From the NCBI GenBank assembly GCA_965205485.1, contig OZ242180.1, positions 3,040,001 to 3,104,000 on the forward strand: a DNA stretch of 64,000 nt, read 5' to 3'. Both the position numbers and the translations under genes were made by a program. The DNA comes from Candidatus Latescibacterota bacterium. GTDB taxonomy: Bacteria > Latescibacterota > UBA2968 > GCA-2709665. This document shows positions 43,897-52,912 of this stretch, in pieces. The number at the start of each line of letters is the position of its first letter. The first letter of the stretch is position 1. A model generated the notes under the pieces. The model saw only the letters and a program-made list of their open reading frames with translations. It was not told the DNA's origin and made no database searches.

Positions 43897-43978
43897 CGAC
43901 CGATCTCCTTATTTGTTGTGATCCGACCTGTCGGTTACAACATATCAGATTTCATTGACGGATGTGCGCCGAAACGTT

Positions 43979-44007
43979 TAGATAACAGGATTCTTTCGAT
44001 ATGTCAA
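43979..44007 (-). promoter_or_regulatory. Sigma70-type promoter upstream of the STAS gene
   Basis: TTGACA-N17-TATCTA. Confidence 0.5.
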
Positions 44008-44483
44008 GTATTTTGTTCGGGATTCCCGCGCAAGGGCTAAGGGAGATGGGAGCGCGAGCATCGATTGTGCGGGCCGTACCGTTAGCCGGTTTTTCCGCCG
44101 AGATTGACGCCAGGGGCCAGTCCTGTTGGAGCTCTGACGCAGGAGTCGTACAACGCTGTTGACCCACACATCTGCAGCATACGGGGTCATACGTGGAGAC
44201 AGACGCGATTCTGCAGGAGCGTCTGTGGGTGGCGGTATGTCCCTGTCGACGTGCCCCTGCGACCGGACCGGCTCATTCCATGGACCGTGTCATCCTGATC
44301 CGTCAGGGTCAGGTCAGAAACAAATTACCGGCTCGCGAGTCTTAGAATATGGCTGGATACGCCAGATCTGTTTTTGAACTTCGTTGCGTTTGAGCCGAAT
44401 CACGAAATACCCACGGAAGGATGTTTCGGCGATGTCGGTGCCGGCGGTTTTCACCGGAGTCACTCAATCAAAGGGGGTCCGCG

Positions 44484-45458
44484 ATGTTTGGTCGAGTTCG
44501 CAGTGTGTTTGTGTTGGCGATGGTCGCAGGTACGATATCGGGCTGCGGCGGTGATCGGGTTACCACCTCGATGGTACCCGAAGCTGACAGGCCGGTAGAA
44601 GAAGCCCTGGTCAATTCCGGACAGCGGAATTCAGGGATGCCATTGGGCAAGCTTGCGGTGGCCGGGAAGATGGAACAGGCCGCAATTGTTGCACTCGTGC
44701 TGCGAGACGGCGCGCCACTTTCCGGCGTGACTGTTGAAATCTCGCGTTCCGTCTCGGGCGCGCCTGCTGATTTCGCGTGGTCCGGCTCAACCGATGCGCA
44801 GGGTGAAGCGCGCATTACGATCGGGTCGGACAACGTGAACGGCTATTACCGCGCACGTGTGGTTCAGGACGGGACCTTGCTGGGTTCCTGGTCGAGCATT
44901 CCTGTAAATGGCGGATACGCAGTCAGCGTTGAACTGCCCATTGGGGGGAAGGCGCGCATGACGGGTTCCGCCCTGCTCTCGTCACCAGATATTGTCGGAA
45001 CCTGGGCATACGTCGGAACCGACATGGTCGCGACAATCAGCAGGAATCTGGTTGCCGCCATCCTGGAGCAGGGGATCGTCGATAGCACGATTGCGGTAGC
45101 CATCGTCAAGGAGTTCACCGGCGAAATGGAGACGAGCTTGCGCGACAGCGTCTGGTCTCCGGGCCGCCGTTTCCATGCCGACGGCACCTTTGAAGATCAG
45201 GACAGCACGGGCACGTGGTCTGTTACGGGTACCTGGTCGGCGATGGGAAACACGCTGACGATCATCGAGGAAGACGGTCTGGTCCTGGAAGGCTCGGTTG
45301 ACGTGGACGGCGACAGATTGACGCTGACGTTCACCAGGGAGCAATATATGAGCATCGTGTTGCAGGCGGCCGGGGAGTTGAACGAGGAGGACCGGGAATT
45401 CTTCGATGCCATGCTCAGAGAGGATGATGTGATCCGGTTCTTCTTCGAAGCGCGGTAG
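44484..45458 (+). CDS. Lipoprotein: same N-terminal module as 34942-36453 plus a lipocalin-like domain
   Basis: ISGC lipobox; GSWSSIPVNGG shared with the other lipoprotein; DIVGTW and GTW motifs. Confidence 0.65.
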   Translation: MFGRVRSVFVLAMVAGTISGCGGDRVTTSMVPEADRPVEEALVNSGQRNSGMPLGKLAVAGKMEQAAIVALVLRDGAPLSGVTVEISRSVSGAPADFAWSGSTDAQGEARITIGSDNVNGYYRARVVQDGTLLGSWSSIPVNGGYAVSVELPIGGKARMTGSALLSSPDIVGTWAYVGTDMVATISRNLVAAILEQGIVDSTIAVAIVKEFTGEMETSLRDSVWSPGRRFHADGTFEDQDSTGTWSVTGTWSAMGNTLTIIEEDGLVLEGSVDVDGDRLTLTFTREQYMSIVLQAAGELNEEDREFFDAMLREDDVIRFFFEAR

Positions 45459-45511
45459 CCGCTGTTCCAGTTTCGCAAATCGGGGAGTCGGAAGCGTCGA
45501 TTTCCGTAAAC

Positions 45512-45548
45512 AAAACCCGCCGTCGGGGAGGATCGACGGCGGGTTTTT
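45512..45548. terminator. Bidirectional intrinsic terminator
   Basis: AAAACCCGCCGTCG-loop-CGACGGCGGGTTTTT between convergent genes. Confidence 0.85.
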
Positions 45549-45589
45549 GAGAGACGACCGGGCGATCTTGAAGGGGGCTCTCCGGAAAC

Positions 45590-46642
45590 CTAGCCGCTCC
45601 TGCCCTTTCGGCCGTGTCCGCGGCCCTTTCCTGATCGCTTCCGTCCCCCGGATTTCATTTCGTCCAGCTTCGCCTTTTGTTCATCCGTGAGGACCGCGTT
45701 GAAGTCGTCTTGAAAGACTTCTTTCAAATTATCCAGTATTTCCCGGAGACCGGAACGGTCGCCCGAATCTTTGGCGGTTTCTATCGCAGCCCCAATGTCG
45801 GCCTGGTAGGCGTCGTACAGTTTGTTCAGGTTCTCGACCTGTTCGTCGCTCAGGCCCAGCGAATCGGTCAGCGTGTTAATATATCGTTCCCATCCGCTCT
45901 CCTTCCTGCGAGCGGCCGCATTGGCCTTGATTTCCGCGAGTCTGGCCCGTTGTTCGTCCGTGAGGACGTCGTTGAAGCCGTCTTCGAATCCCTGCCTTAA
46001 CTCCTTCAACTTCGTCCTGAGCCCTGAACGATCGCCCGACTCCCTGGCGTCATCCATGGCGGCTTTAACGACGGCCTGGTAATCTTCATACAATTCATTG
46101 AGGTCCGCGACCTGCTGATCGCTCAGGCCAAGGGAATCCGTCATCGCAGCGATATAATTCTCCCAACCTCTGTCCTTCCTGCGGGCGGCGGCATTGGCCC
46201 TGATTTCCTCGAGTCTGGTCTGTTGCTCGTCGGTGAGGACGGCGCTGAAGTCATTTTCGAATTCATCTTTCAAGTCCTTCAGCTTCTCACGGAGACCGGA
46301 GCGATTGCCCGACGTTCCGGCGCTGTCGATCAGCGCCTTGACGCTCGCCTGGTAGTCTTCATAGAGTTCGTTCAGATCCTCAATCTGTTCGTCACTTAGA
46401 CCCAGCGAGTCGGTCAGCGCGGCAATTCGACGATCCCACCCCTTGTGGTGACCGCGGTCCGATCTGCTGGAGCGGTCGTTCTCAAGTTTGGATTCTATCT
46501 CGTCCGTGGATGCCTTTGAGGCCTGTGATGCGCTTTCGGTGGATCCGTCCCCGGTTGGAGACTCGACGGGAATCCTGTTTCCGCACCCGAGGAGTGTGAC
46601 GGAAACAATGACGGCCGCGATGGCAAATCTGCGAAAAGACAT
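45590..46642 (-). CDS. Lipoprotein with three 91-aa Spy/CpxP-like (LTxxQ) repeats
   Basis: LLGC lipobox; LGLSDEQ...VLTDEQ repeated with a 273-bp period (46434, 46161, 45888). Confidence 0.8.
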   Translation of the reverse strand: MSFRRFAIAAVIVSVTLLGCGNRIPVESPTGDGSTESASQASKASTDEIESKLENDRSSRSDRGHHKGWDRRIAALTDSLGLSDEQIEDLNELYEDYQASVKALIDSAGTSGNRSGLREKLKDLKDEFENDFSAVLTDEQQTRLEEIRANAAARRKDRGWENYIAAMTDSLGLSDQQVADLNELYEDYQAVVKAAMDDARESGDRSGLRTKLKELRQGFEDGFNDVLTDEQRARLAEIKANAAARRKESGWERYINTLTDSLGLSDEQVENLNKLYDAYQADIGAAIETAKDSGDRSGLREILDNLKEVFQDDFNAVLTDEQKAKLDEMKSGGRKRSGKGRGHGRKGRSG

Positions 46643-46673
46643 TTACGAAACCTTTCTTTCCCGGCTCGTTCCC

Positions 46674-47192
46674 TCAGATCGAAGACGGTTGTACTTCGCC
46701 GCGTTCCGGAGCTGGATGTCCCATCCCCTTCAAGCCCTTCCGGTAGCCACCCCTACGCCACATCTTGCCGCATCGTCCTTTTGATCGATCTCTGCGCATT
46801 TCTCGAAGCTTGTTTCGCTGCTCCGGGGTCAGGACGCTGTTGACGTTGAGCCTGTGGTTGACCCTGCTCTCCAGAATCAGGGATCGTGCGTTGTTTACAG
46901 CGGCAACCCGCGCTTTGACTTCAGCAGGATCGGGGTTGTCCAGCCGCATTGCCGCGCGAAGATCCAGCCTGGCCACCTTGAGGTCGGCGCGCAACTGCGC
47001 CATCTTCTTGGCCCGCTCCAGGTTCAGATTTTCCAGCTTCGTCCGCTGTTCCTTCGAGAGTTCAAGGGCCGCCATTGGCGCCCTACGGGCTTTCTTCCAG
47101 CCGCGCTTACCGCGATGCGCGTCTGATGGCAGAGCCCAGGCGACGGCAATAATGGGAATGACGACGGCAACAATGAGGGCCAGACGTTTCAT
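46674..47192 (-). CDS. Spy/CpxP/ZraP family periplasmic chaperone
   Basis: Signal peptide, LELSKEQ, PDP, VLTPEQR. Confidence 0.85.
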   Translation of the reverse strand: MKRLALIVAVVIPIIAVAWALPSDAHRGKRGWKKARRAPMAALELSKEQRTKLENLNLERAKKMAQLRADLKVARLDLRAAMRLDNPDPAEVKARVAAVNNARSLILESRVNHRLNVNSVLTPEQRNKLREMRRDRSKGRCGKMWRRGGYRKGLKGMGHPAPERGEVQPSSI

Positions 47193-47249
47193 GGTAATTC
47201 TCCTTTCGGTTTCCCCGGCTTGAGGTCGTTACGCAAGAAGCTTTACACC

Positions 47250-47278
47250 TTGGACAGATGGTTTCTTCGGTGCGTTCC
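47250..47278 (-). promoter_or_regulatory. ECF sigma promoter
   Basis: GGAACG-N17-GTCCAA, matching the site at 49318-49346. Confidence 0.7.
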
Positions 47279-47287
47279 AGGATGGGT

Positions 47288-48148
47288 TCAAAAATCCAAC
47301 GCCCTGCCGGCGGGCCTGCGCCTGAACTGGCGTTCCCATCGCATGCGCCGCTCGATACTCTCGGTGATATTATCGAATTTCCTGACCTGATCTTTTCGAA
47401 GCATAGGCTTGATTTCCGACCAGGTTCTTACTGTTAAGGACGCAAGTCGCTCGTCGCGCTCCTGAAAAAGCAGACGCGTTGCCTCGCGGCTTTCTTTCCT
47501 GATATGTTGCATTTGCGCTCGCTGCTCGCCGGAAAGATCCAGGTCCCAACCTCCATTGGTCCGTTTCCGCTGTTCGGGCGTGAGCAGGTCCTTCTGCCTG
47601 GCGCGCGTGTTTTTATGTATCGCCTTCAGCTCCTCCCGTATTTCCCGGCGCAGCTTTCTCACTTCCGCCCAGTTTTTCCTTAGAACGCGCGAGACTTCGG
47701 CCTGTTGATCCTCACTGAGTACTAGACGTCTTCTGAACTGCCGAAGGATGATGTCCGGGGATACGGGGCTGGTTAACTCGTCGAACGTCTCCTGCTGATC
47801 CGGTGTGAGGACGCCGCGAATCTTGGCCCAGGCGCCCCGCCTCACCGTCTCGATCTTCGAGCCGATATTCTGCCGCACCTCCACCATCAGCTCCCGGCTT
47901 TGATCCAGAATCTGGTCGATTTCCGCCTGCTGCGCTTCGGTCAGGTCGAGATGCCGGGAATATCGCTTAATCAGACGTTCCGACGTTGCGCCCATGCGAG
48001 GGGTACGGCGGGGTTCCCGAGGCGCCCGGATCCGCTTGTCGCCGTCGGCGGGAAGCCAGAGATGGTCGTTTGCGCCCAGTACAATACCGACGACGAAAAT
48101 GCCCAGCGCCAGCAGAACCGCCTTGATCCGTGTTGCGTTTTCGGACAT
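47288..48148 (-). CDS. Membrane-anchored multi-repeat Spy/CpxP-like protein
   Basis: N-terminal TM; LDLTEAQ, LTPDQ, LSEDQ, LTPEQ, LSGEQ. Confidence 0.75.
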   Translation of the reverse strand: MSENATRIKAVLLALGIFVVGIVLGANDHLWLPADGDKRIRAPREPRRTPRMGATSERLIKRYSRHLDLTEAQQAEIDQILDQSRELMVEVRQNIGSKIETVRRGAWAKIRGVLTPDQQETFDELTSPVSPDIILRQFRRRLVLSEDQQAEVSRVLRKNWAEVRKLRREIREELKAIHKNTRARQKDLLTPEQRKRTNGGWDLDLSGEQRAQMQHIRKESREATRLLFQERDERLASLTVRTWSEIKPMLRKDQVRKFDNITESIERRMRWERQFRRRPAGRALDF

Positions 48149-48151
48149 GGC

Positions 48152-48592
48152 CTACCTCGATTGCAGGATTTGAAGGACGTCGCCGGAGAGTTCGGCGTCG
48201 CTGAGCATTTGGGCCTCCTGTTCATCCCACTGGGCATTCAGATAGTCTTCCAGCGTAAGCGCCGGCGCGTCGGTGGTGAGATTTCCGACGACGGCCAGAA
48301 GCACGACCGCGGCGGCAAGAACTGGAAGAAACCGCTTGCCGACCCACTCAAACTGTTTCCAGGGCCCCACCGCGTCTTCGAGGACAATTCGTGGTGCGAT
48401 GCTGCGCCAGAGCCCGGGCGACGCGGATACCGGTCTGGCGGCGATCAGGCTTTGAATGCGCCTGAGGTATTCCAGTTCCTCGCGACAAGCGGGCGAGACT
48501 GCGAGGCGCGCCTCGACCTCGCGCATCTGTTCGACCGGCAAGGCGGATTCCAGATAAGCGGGCAAAAGGTCCTTGACTTCCGAGTCTGTCAT
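48152..48592 (-). CDS. Transmembrane anti-sigma factor with degenerate zf-HC2 domain
   Basis: LLPAYLESAL...VEARLAVSPACREEL; single TM; ATGA overlap with the sigma stop. Confidence 0.8.
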   Translation of the reverse strand: MTDSEVKDLLPAYLESALPVEQMREVEARLAVSPACREELEYLRRIQSLIAARPVSASPGLWRSIAPRIVLEDAVGPWKQFEWVGKRFLPVLAAAVVLLAVVGNLTTDAPALTLEDYLNAQWDEQEAQMLSDAELSGDVLQILQSR

Positions 48593-49179
48593 GGCGACGT
48601 CCCCTCTTTCCACTCGTTGTACAGGGGCCGCAAGAGGTCCCTGAGACGGGCCCGGGCCCGGGAGAGGCGGGATTTGATCGTACCGACCGAACAATTCAGC
48701 GTTTCTGAAATCTCTTCCTGTGACATTCCTTCGATGTCTTTCAGCACGATAACCAGCCGGTGGTCGGGCGAGAGGCGACCCAGAACTTCCCGGATGCTTT
48801 CCTGGAGTCGCAATCGTTCGAAATCGTTGTGGGGCGTGCGGCGTTCCCAAAGTTGTTCCGGCGTGAAATGTCGCGATTCCAGCAGGTCGTCGAGCGAGGT
48901 CGTATCCCGCCGTCGCTTTTCTTTCTGGGCTGCGTTGAGACACACGTTGACGGCAATCCTGTAGATCCACGTGTAGAAGCCGGCGTCGGCGCGGAATCCG
49001 GGGAGCGCCTGGTATGCTCTGATGAAGGCGGTCTGCGCGGCATCACGTGCGGCCTCCCTGTCTCCTACGATTGAGCAGGCAAGGTTGTAGATGCGCCCTT
49101 CGTAACGTTCCACAAGCACGCGATATGCCTGATGATCTCCCTCCTGGCAGCGTCTGACCAGATCCAGATCTTCACCCAT
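48589..49179 (-). CDS. ECF RNA polymerase sigma factor (RpoE/SigW-like)
   Basis: DAAQTAFIRAY, FYTWIYRIAVN, EEISETL..SVGTIKSRLSRAR. Confidence 0.95.
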   Translation of the reverse strand: MGEDLDLVRRCQEGDHQAYRVLVERYEGRIYNLACSIVGDREAARDAAQTAFIRAYQALPGFRADAGFYTWIYRIAVNVCLNAAQKEKRRRDTTSLDDLLESRHFTPEQLWERRTPHNDFERLRLQESIREVLGRLSPDHRLVIVLKDIEGMSQEEISETLNCSVGTIKSRLSRARARLRDLLRPLYNEWKEGTSP

Positions 49180-49317
49180 TCGGGCTCCCCGAAACACGTC
49201 ATGGATCCAAACCAGCAGTTATCGTGGCTGCGCAGAGCAACCGCCTGTGCCTTGCATAACGGCCCCGAACGGATACGAGGTTGGGCGTTCCGCACGTAAT
49301 TCGACTTTACTAAACGC

Positions 49318-49346
49318 TTAGACAGGCGCGTTGTTGAAGGCGTTCC
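49318..49346 (-). promoter_or_regulatory. Autoregulatory ECF promoter
   Basis: GGAACG-N17-GTCTAA, close to the sigmaE-type consensus. Confidence 0.72.
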
Positions 49347-49357
49347 CTCCGGGCACG

Positions 49358-49390
49358 AAAATCCGGATGTTGCGTCGCAACATCCGGATT
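49358..49390 (-). terminator. Terminator after ilvB
   Basis: Near-perfect palindrome AATCCGGATGTTGCG-T-CGCAACATCCGGATT ending in TTTT on the minus strand. Confidence 0.7.
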
Positions 49391-49410
49391 CTGACAGGTT
49401 GCCCGCGGGT

Positions 49411-51186
49411 CTACTCTGTGATGATGTCCTTAAATGTATGACCCGCCGGGATCATGGGAAGCACATGTTCCTGATAGGGAACAATAACGTCAAGAACGTA
49501 CGGGCCGGGTGTTTCGAGCAGGCGTTGCAGGGCGCCCTCCAGGTCTTTCTTGTGTTCGACGCGCGCGGCCGGAATGCCGAATCCCCTGGCAATATTGACA
49601 AAATCGGGATGGATGCCGCCGTCCGGATCGCCTATGAAGGTGTGGCCGCGGTTGCTTTCATAGAACCTGTCTTCCCATTGAACCACCATACCAAGATGCT
49701 GATTGTTGATTATGATTGTCTTTACCGGCAGTTTCTCCACGTAGAGCGTGGCCAGTTCCTGGACGTTCATCACGAAACTTCCGTCTCCGTCGATGTTCAA
49801 GACCAGGTTGTCAGGTCTGGCCAGTTGCGCGCCAAGAGCCGCGGGAAGACCGAATCCCATCGCGCCCAGCCCGCCCGACGTGAGCCAGTTGCGCGGCTCG
49901 TCGAACAGGTAATATTGGGCGGCCCACATCTGATGCTGTCCAACGCCCGTGGAGACCACGGCTCTACCGCCTGTCATTCGGTACAGCAGGTCGATGGCGT
50001 GCTGAGGCAGGATCGCTTCGTCCGCTTCCTGGTAGGCCAGCGGATGTTTCTGTCTCCAGGTTTCCAGGTCGGCATGCCAGGCGTCGTAATCTCCCGGCAC
50101 CACCCTTTTATTCAGGTCCTCAAGGGCGTATCCGACGTCGCTGACAACCGGAATGTGCGCGGTTTTGTTCTTGTTGATTTCTGATGGGTCGATGTCTATA
50201 TGCACGATTTTGCCGCGTTTGCAGAACTCTTCGAGCTTACCTGTAACGCGGTCGTCGAAACGAACGCCCATAGCCAGCAGCAGGTCCGCGTGGTTGATCG
50301 CGTAGTTGGCGTATACGGTTCCGTGCATGCCGACCATTCTGAGCGAGAGCGGATGGGTTTCCGGAAAAACGCCAAGCCCCATGAGCGTTTGCACCACCGG
50401 AATACCGGTTTTGCGGACAAGCTCCCGGAGTTGCCGGGCGGCGCCGGCGGCCACGATCCCGCCGCCCACATAAAGGACCGGACGTTTGGCTTCCCGTATC
50501 GCACGGACCACGTTCTCGATGGCGTTGCTGTCCGCCCTGATGTGTGGATTGTAGCTGCGAATGGTCACGTCGTCCGGCCAGACCGGCGCATGCATGGCCT
50601 GCTGGACATCCTTGGGTACATCGATCAGAACGGGTCCCGGCCGGCCGGTATTCGCGATGTAGAACGACTCCTTGACAATGCGCGGAATATCCTCGATGCG
50701 GTCTATCAGGAAGTTGTGTTTCGTAATCTGCCTGGTGACCTCGACGATCGGCGTTTCCTGAAAAGCGTCGCCGCCCATCACGTGCGTCGCCACCTGTCCC
50801 GTAATAGCCACCAGAGGAACGGAATCCATCTTCGCATCCGCCAATCCGGTGACGAGATTGGTGGCGCCGGGACCGGATGTGGCCAGACACACGCCAACCC
50901 GGCCCGATGCCTTTGCAAATCCTTCTGCAGCAAAGATTTCACCTTGCTCGTGCCGGCACAGCACGTTTCGGATCCTGGATCGGGTGAGCGCCTGATGGAT
51001 CTCCATGCTCGCGCCGCCGGGATATCCGAAAATGACATCGACGCCCTCACGGACGAGCGCTTCCACGAGGATGTCGGCGCCCTTCATCGGGGATGGGGAA
51101 GGCGGAGACACGTCTCCAAGGCCAACCTGTTGTTCAGGCCGACCGTTGGTTTCGGATATGCGGATTTGCTCGGATTCCTTTGCCAT
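49411..51186 (-). CDS. ilvB: Acetolactate synthase large subunit
   Basis: [52 protein letters not shown]. Confidence 0.96.
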   Translation of the reverse strand: MAKESEQIRISETNGRPEQQVGLGDVSPPSPSPMKGADILVEALVREGVDVIFGYPGGASMEIHQALTRSRIRNVLCRHEQGEIFAAEGFAKASGRVGVCLATSGPGATNLVTGLADAKMDSVPLVAITGQVATHVMGGDAFQETPIVEVTRQITKHNFLIDRIEDIPRIVKESFYIANTGRPGPVLIDVPKDVQQAMHAPVWPDDVTIRSYNPHIRADSNAIENVVRAIREAKRPVLYVGGGIVAAGAARQLRELVRKTGIPVVQTLMGLGVFPETHPLSLRMVGMHGTVYANYAINHADLLLAMGVRFDDRVTGKLEEFCKRGKIVHIDIDPSEINKNKTAHIPVVSDVGYALEDLNKRVVPGDYDAWHADLETWRQKHPLAYQEADEAILPQHAIDLLYRMTGGRAVVSTGVGQHQMWAAQYYLFDEPRNWLTSGGLGAMGFGLPAALGAQLARPDNLVLNIDGDGSFVMNVQELATLYVEKLPVKTIIINNQHLGMVVQWEDRFYESNRGHTFIGDPDGGIHPDFVNIARGFGIPAARVEHKKDLEGALQRLLETPGPYVLDVIVPYQEHVLPMIPAGHTFKDIITE

Positions 51187-51235
51187 CTGCAGTGTACTCC
51201 CGAGATTAAGAAGCCGTTCCGCGGTTAATCAATGC

Positions 51236-51264
51236 AATATAAACACGCGCCGGCGATCCGTCAA
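51236..51264 (-). promoter_or_regulatory. Sigma70-type promoter of ilvB
   Basis: TTGACG-N17-TATATT. Confidence 0.6.
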
Positions 51265-51287
51265 ATTCAAGTGGAAAAACCGCAAAT

Positions 51288-51317
51288 AAAAACGCCGTCG
51301 ATTCGATATCGACGGCG
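51288..51317 (-). terminator. Intrinsic terminator closing the candidate ncRNA
   Basis: CGCCGTCGAT-N5-ATCGACGGCG followed by TTTTT on the minus strand. Confidence 0.8.
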
Positions 51318-51385
51318 GGCTGAATTCGTGTATATGCCATTCCTGTTACGAGCCCTGCCGTCGTGAGGATACCGATACCAAAGAA

Positions 51386-51556
51386 GCGACACTAAGGTAA
51401 ACGTTACCGTTCACCGGGACCGGTACGGATACAGTGTACAGATTCAAAGCCACGGGATGAATCCCTTCCGAAGGCCGCCGGACCCTGACTCCCCGGCCTT
51501 TTCGAAAAATCCGCTGGAACACGGGAGGCGACGCGGTAACGGATGAACTGTGTCGC
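51386..51556 (-). ncRNA. Candidate rod-shaped structured RNA, 6S-like
   Basis: Nested helices GCGACAC/GTGTCGC, CGTTACCG/CGGTAACG, TCGCC/GGTGA, central bubble, CGGATT/AATCTG; own promoter and terminator; no convincing CDS. Confidence 0.55.
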
Positions 51557-51564
51557 CGAAAAAT

Positions 51565-51593
51565 ATAGTATTCGTTTTGGACCCAAAAGTCAA
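51565..51593 (-). promoter_or_regulatory. Sigma70-type promoter of the candidate ncRNA
   Basis: TTGACT-N17-TACTAT, 8 nt upstream of the closing stem. Confidence 0.65.
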
Positions 51594-51834
51594 GGTGTTT
51601 TTGATGCTGCGCGGACTTCCGGAACGCCTGCCGCGTCCATTCATGGTGAGGTGGTCCGGGCGAATCGTTCGCTTTGCCGCTTGCGCGCATGTGTTAAAGG
51701 TCTTGCAGGCGCCGGCTGTATATCCCTATTTTGCGGTGCCTGCGTTCACTGGCGGTATGGTTTGAAACGGTCCGCAGATGTAGGGCGTTGATCCGCACCC
51801 GGGCGAACACAGAGTGCGTTAAGGGCCCATGGCG

Positions 51835-52599
51835 TCAGCTTTCTTCCAGTTCCCAGATCTTGTCCCGAATGGCCGCGGCGCGCTCGAAATCCTCGTCCTC
51901 GACGGCCTGAGCCAGTTCCTCTTTGAGTTTTTCCGCGGGACTCTGCGGGCGTTTGCTCAGTATTTCATCTTCCAGTTCTTTGAGGGACTCCTGGGAGCGC
52001 TTTTTTTCTACCTCGAACTCTTCGGCCTCGACACCCTCAAGGTTTGAAATCCTGGATTGCGCTTCACCGATAATCTCGAGGGCTGTGTCGTAATCGTCCT
52101 GCTGGGACGCGATCATTACCCTCGCGACGGCGTGGATACGGAGAATGTAAGGCCACCACTTCTCAAGGTTCTCCCTGTCTTCCGTGCGTTCGGCATACCG
52201 GTTGACAAAGCGAAAGACGTCCATATTTCTCTCGGTATCGCGCACAACCCTGTTGTAATCCCGAATCTGCAGAAGGAATACATACCTCTCATATATCCGC
52301 CGGCTCTCGTCGAAGATTTCGGAACAGGCGTGCTCATCCAGACTGAAACCCGCGGGCGACCCTGAAGCGCCCACGTGTTTCTGCAACTGCTGCTTGTGAT
52401 AGTCCAGGACGAATGTCTGACTATAGGGTTTCTGTCCATCGGGCCGTCCGTCCAGTTCCATTTGGAGAACGCCCTGAAACGCACCCTGATCGACACGCAC
52501 CTGAATTTTCTCTACGCCGCGGGGATCGATTACCTTGCGGATGCTGTTCTGGGGATCGTAGGGCCAGTTCTTCAGGATCGGTCCTATATCTTCTGACAT
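51835..52599 (-). CDS. Conserved hypothetical protein with C-terminal UvrB/UvrC coiled-coil motif
   Basis: MELDGRPDG; C-terminal LAQAVEDEDFERAAAIRD. Confidence 0.8.
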   Translation of the reverse strand: MSEDIGPILKNWPYDPQNSIRKVIDPRGVEKIQVRVDQGAFQGVLQMELDGRPDGQKPYSQTFVLDYHKQQLQKHVGASGSPAGFSLDEHACSEIFDESRRIYERYVFLLQIRDYNRVVRDTERNMDVFRFVNRYAERTEDRENLEKWWPYILRIHAVARVMIASQQDDYDTALEIIGEAQSRISNLEGVEAEEFEVEKKRSQESLKELEDEILSKRPQSPAEKLKEELAQAVEDEDFERAAAIRDKIWELEES

Positions 52600-52912
52600 G
52601 ACACGGCTCCAGGGCTTTAACGGGATCTTCAGCGCGGAAGGGTCAGTCCATGGCCGCCGACCGGCCCGTACGACTGTCCGGTCAGTCAAATGTAAATAAC
52701 TCTTAGCCAAAAACAAGCGCAAAGCCGACTGCCCGGAATTCAGGTTGCGAGGCGTGAACCACGGGCGCGGCGGTTCCACAGAGCGAAAAACGGAGCGGGT
52801 TCCAGACGTTTTTCCGGTTTACAATCTGGCAGGAGAACGGCAGGGATTCACCGTTGTGACGGCGACCCGCTGAACTTTCTCGTTCAATCTTGCATTTGCC
52901 TGGGAGAGATCC

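Noticed and set aside
46644..46670. Third GGAACG box upstream of the triple-repeat lipoprotein
   Set aside because: No GTCYAA at 17-nt spacing and too close to the start codon
51207..51340. Short minus-strand ORF MAYTRIQ... as an ilvB leader peptide
   Set aside because: It runs through the terminator and the ilvB promoter and lacks a clustered Ile/Leu/Val run ahead of the hairpin
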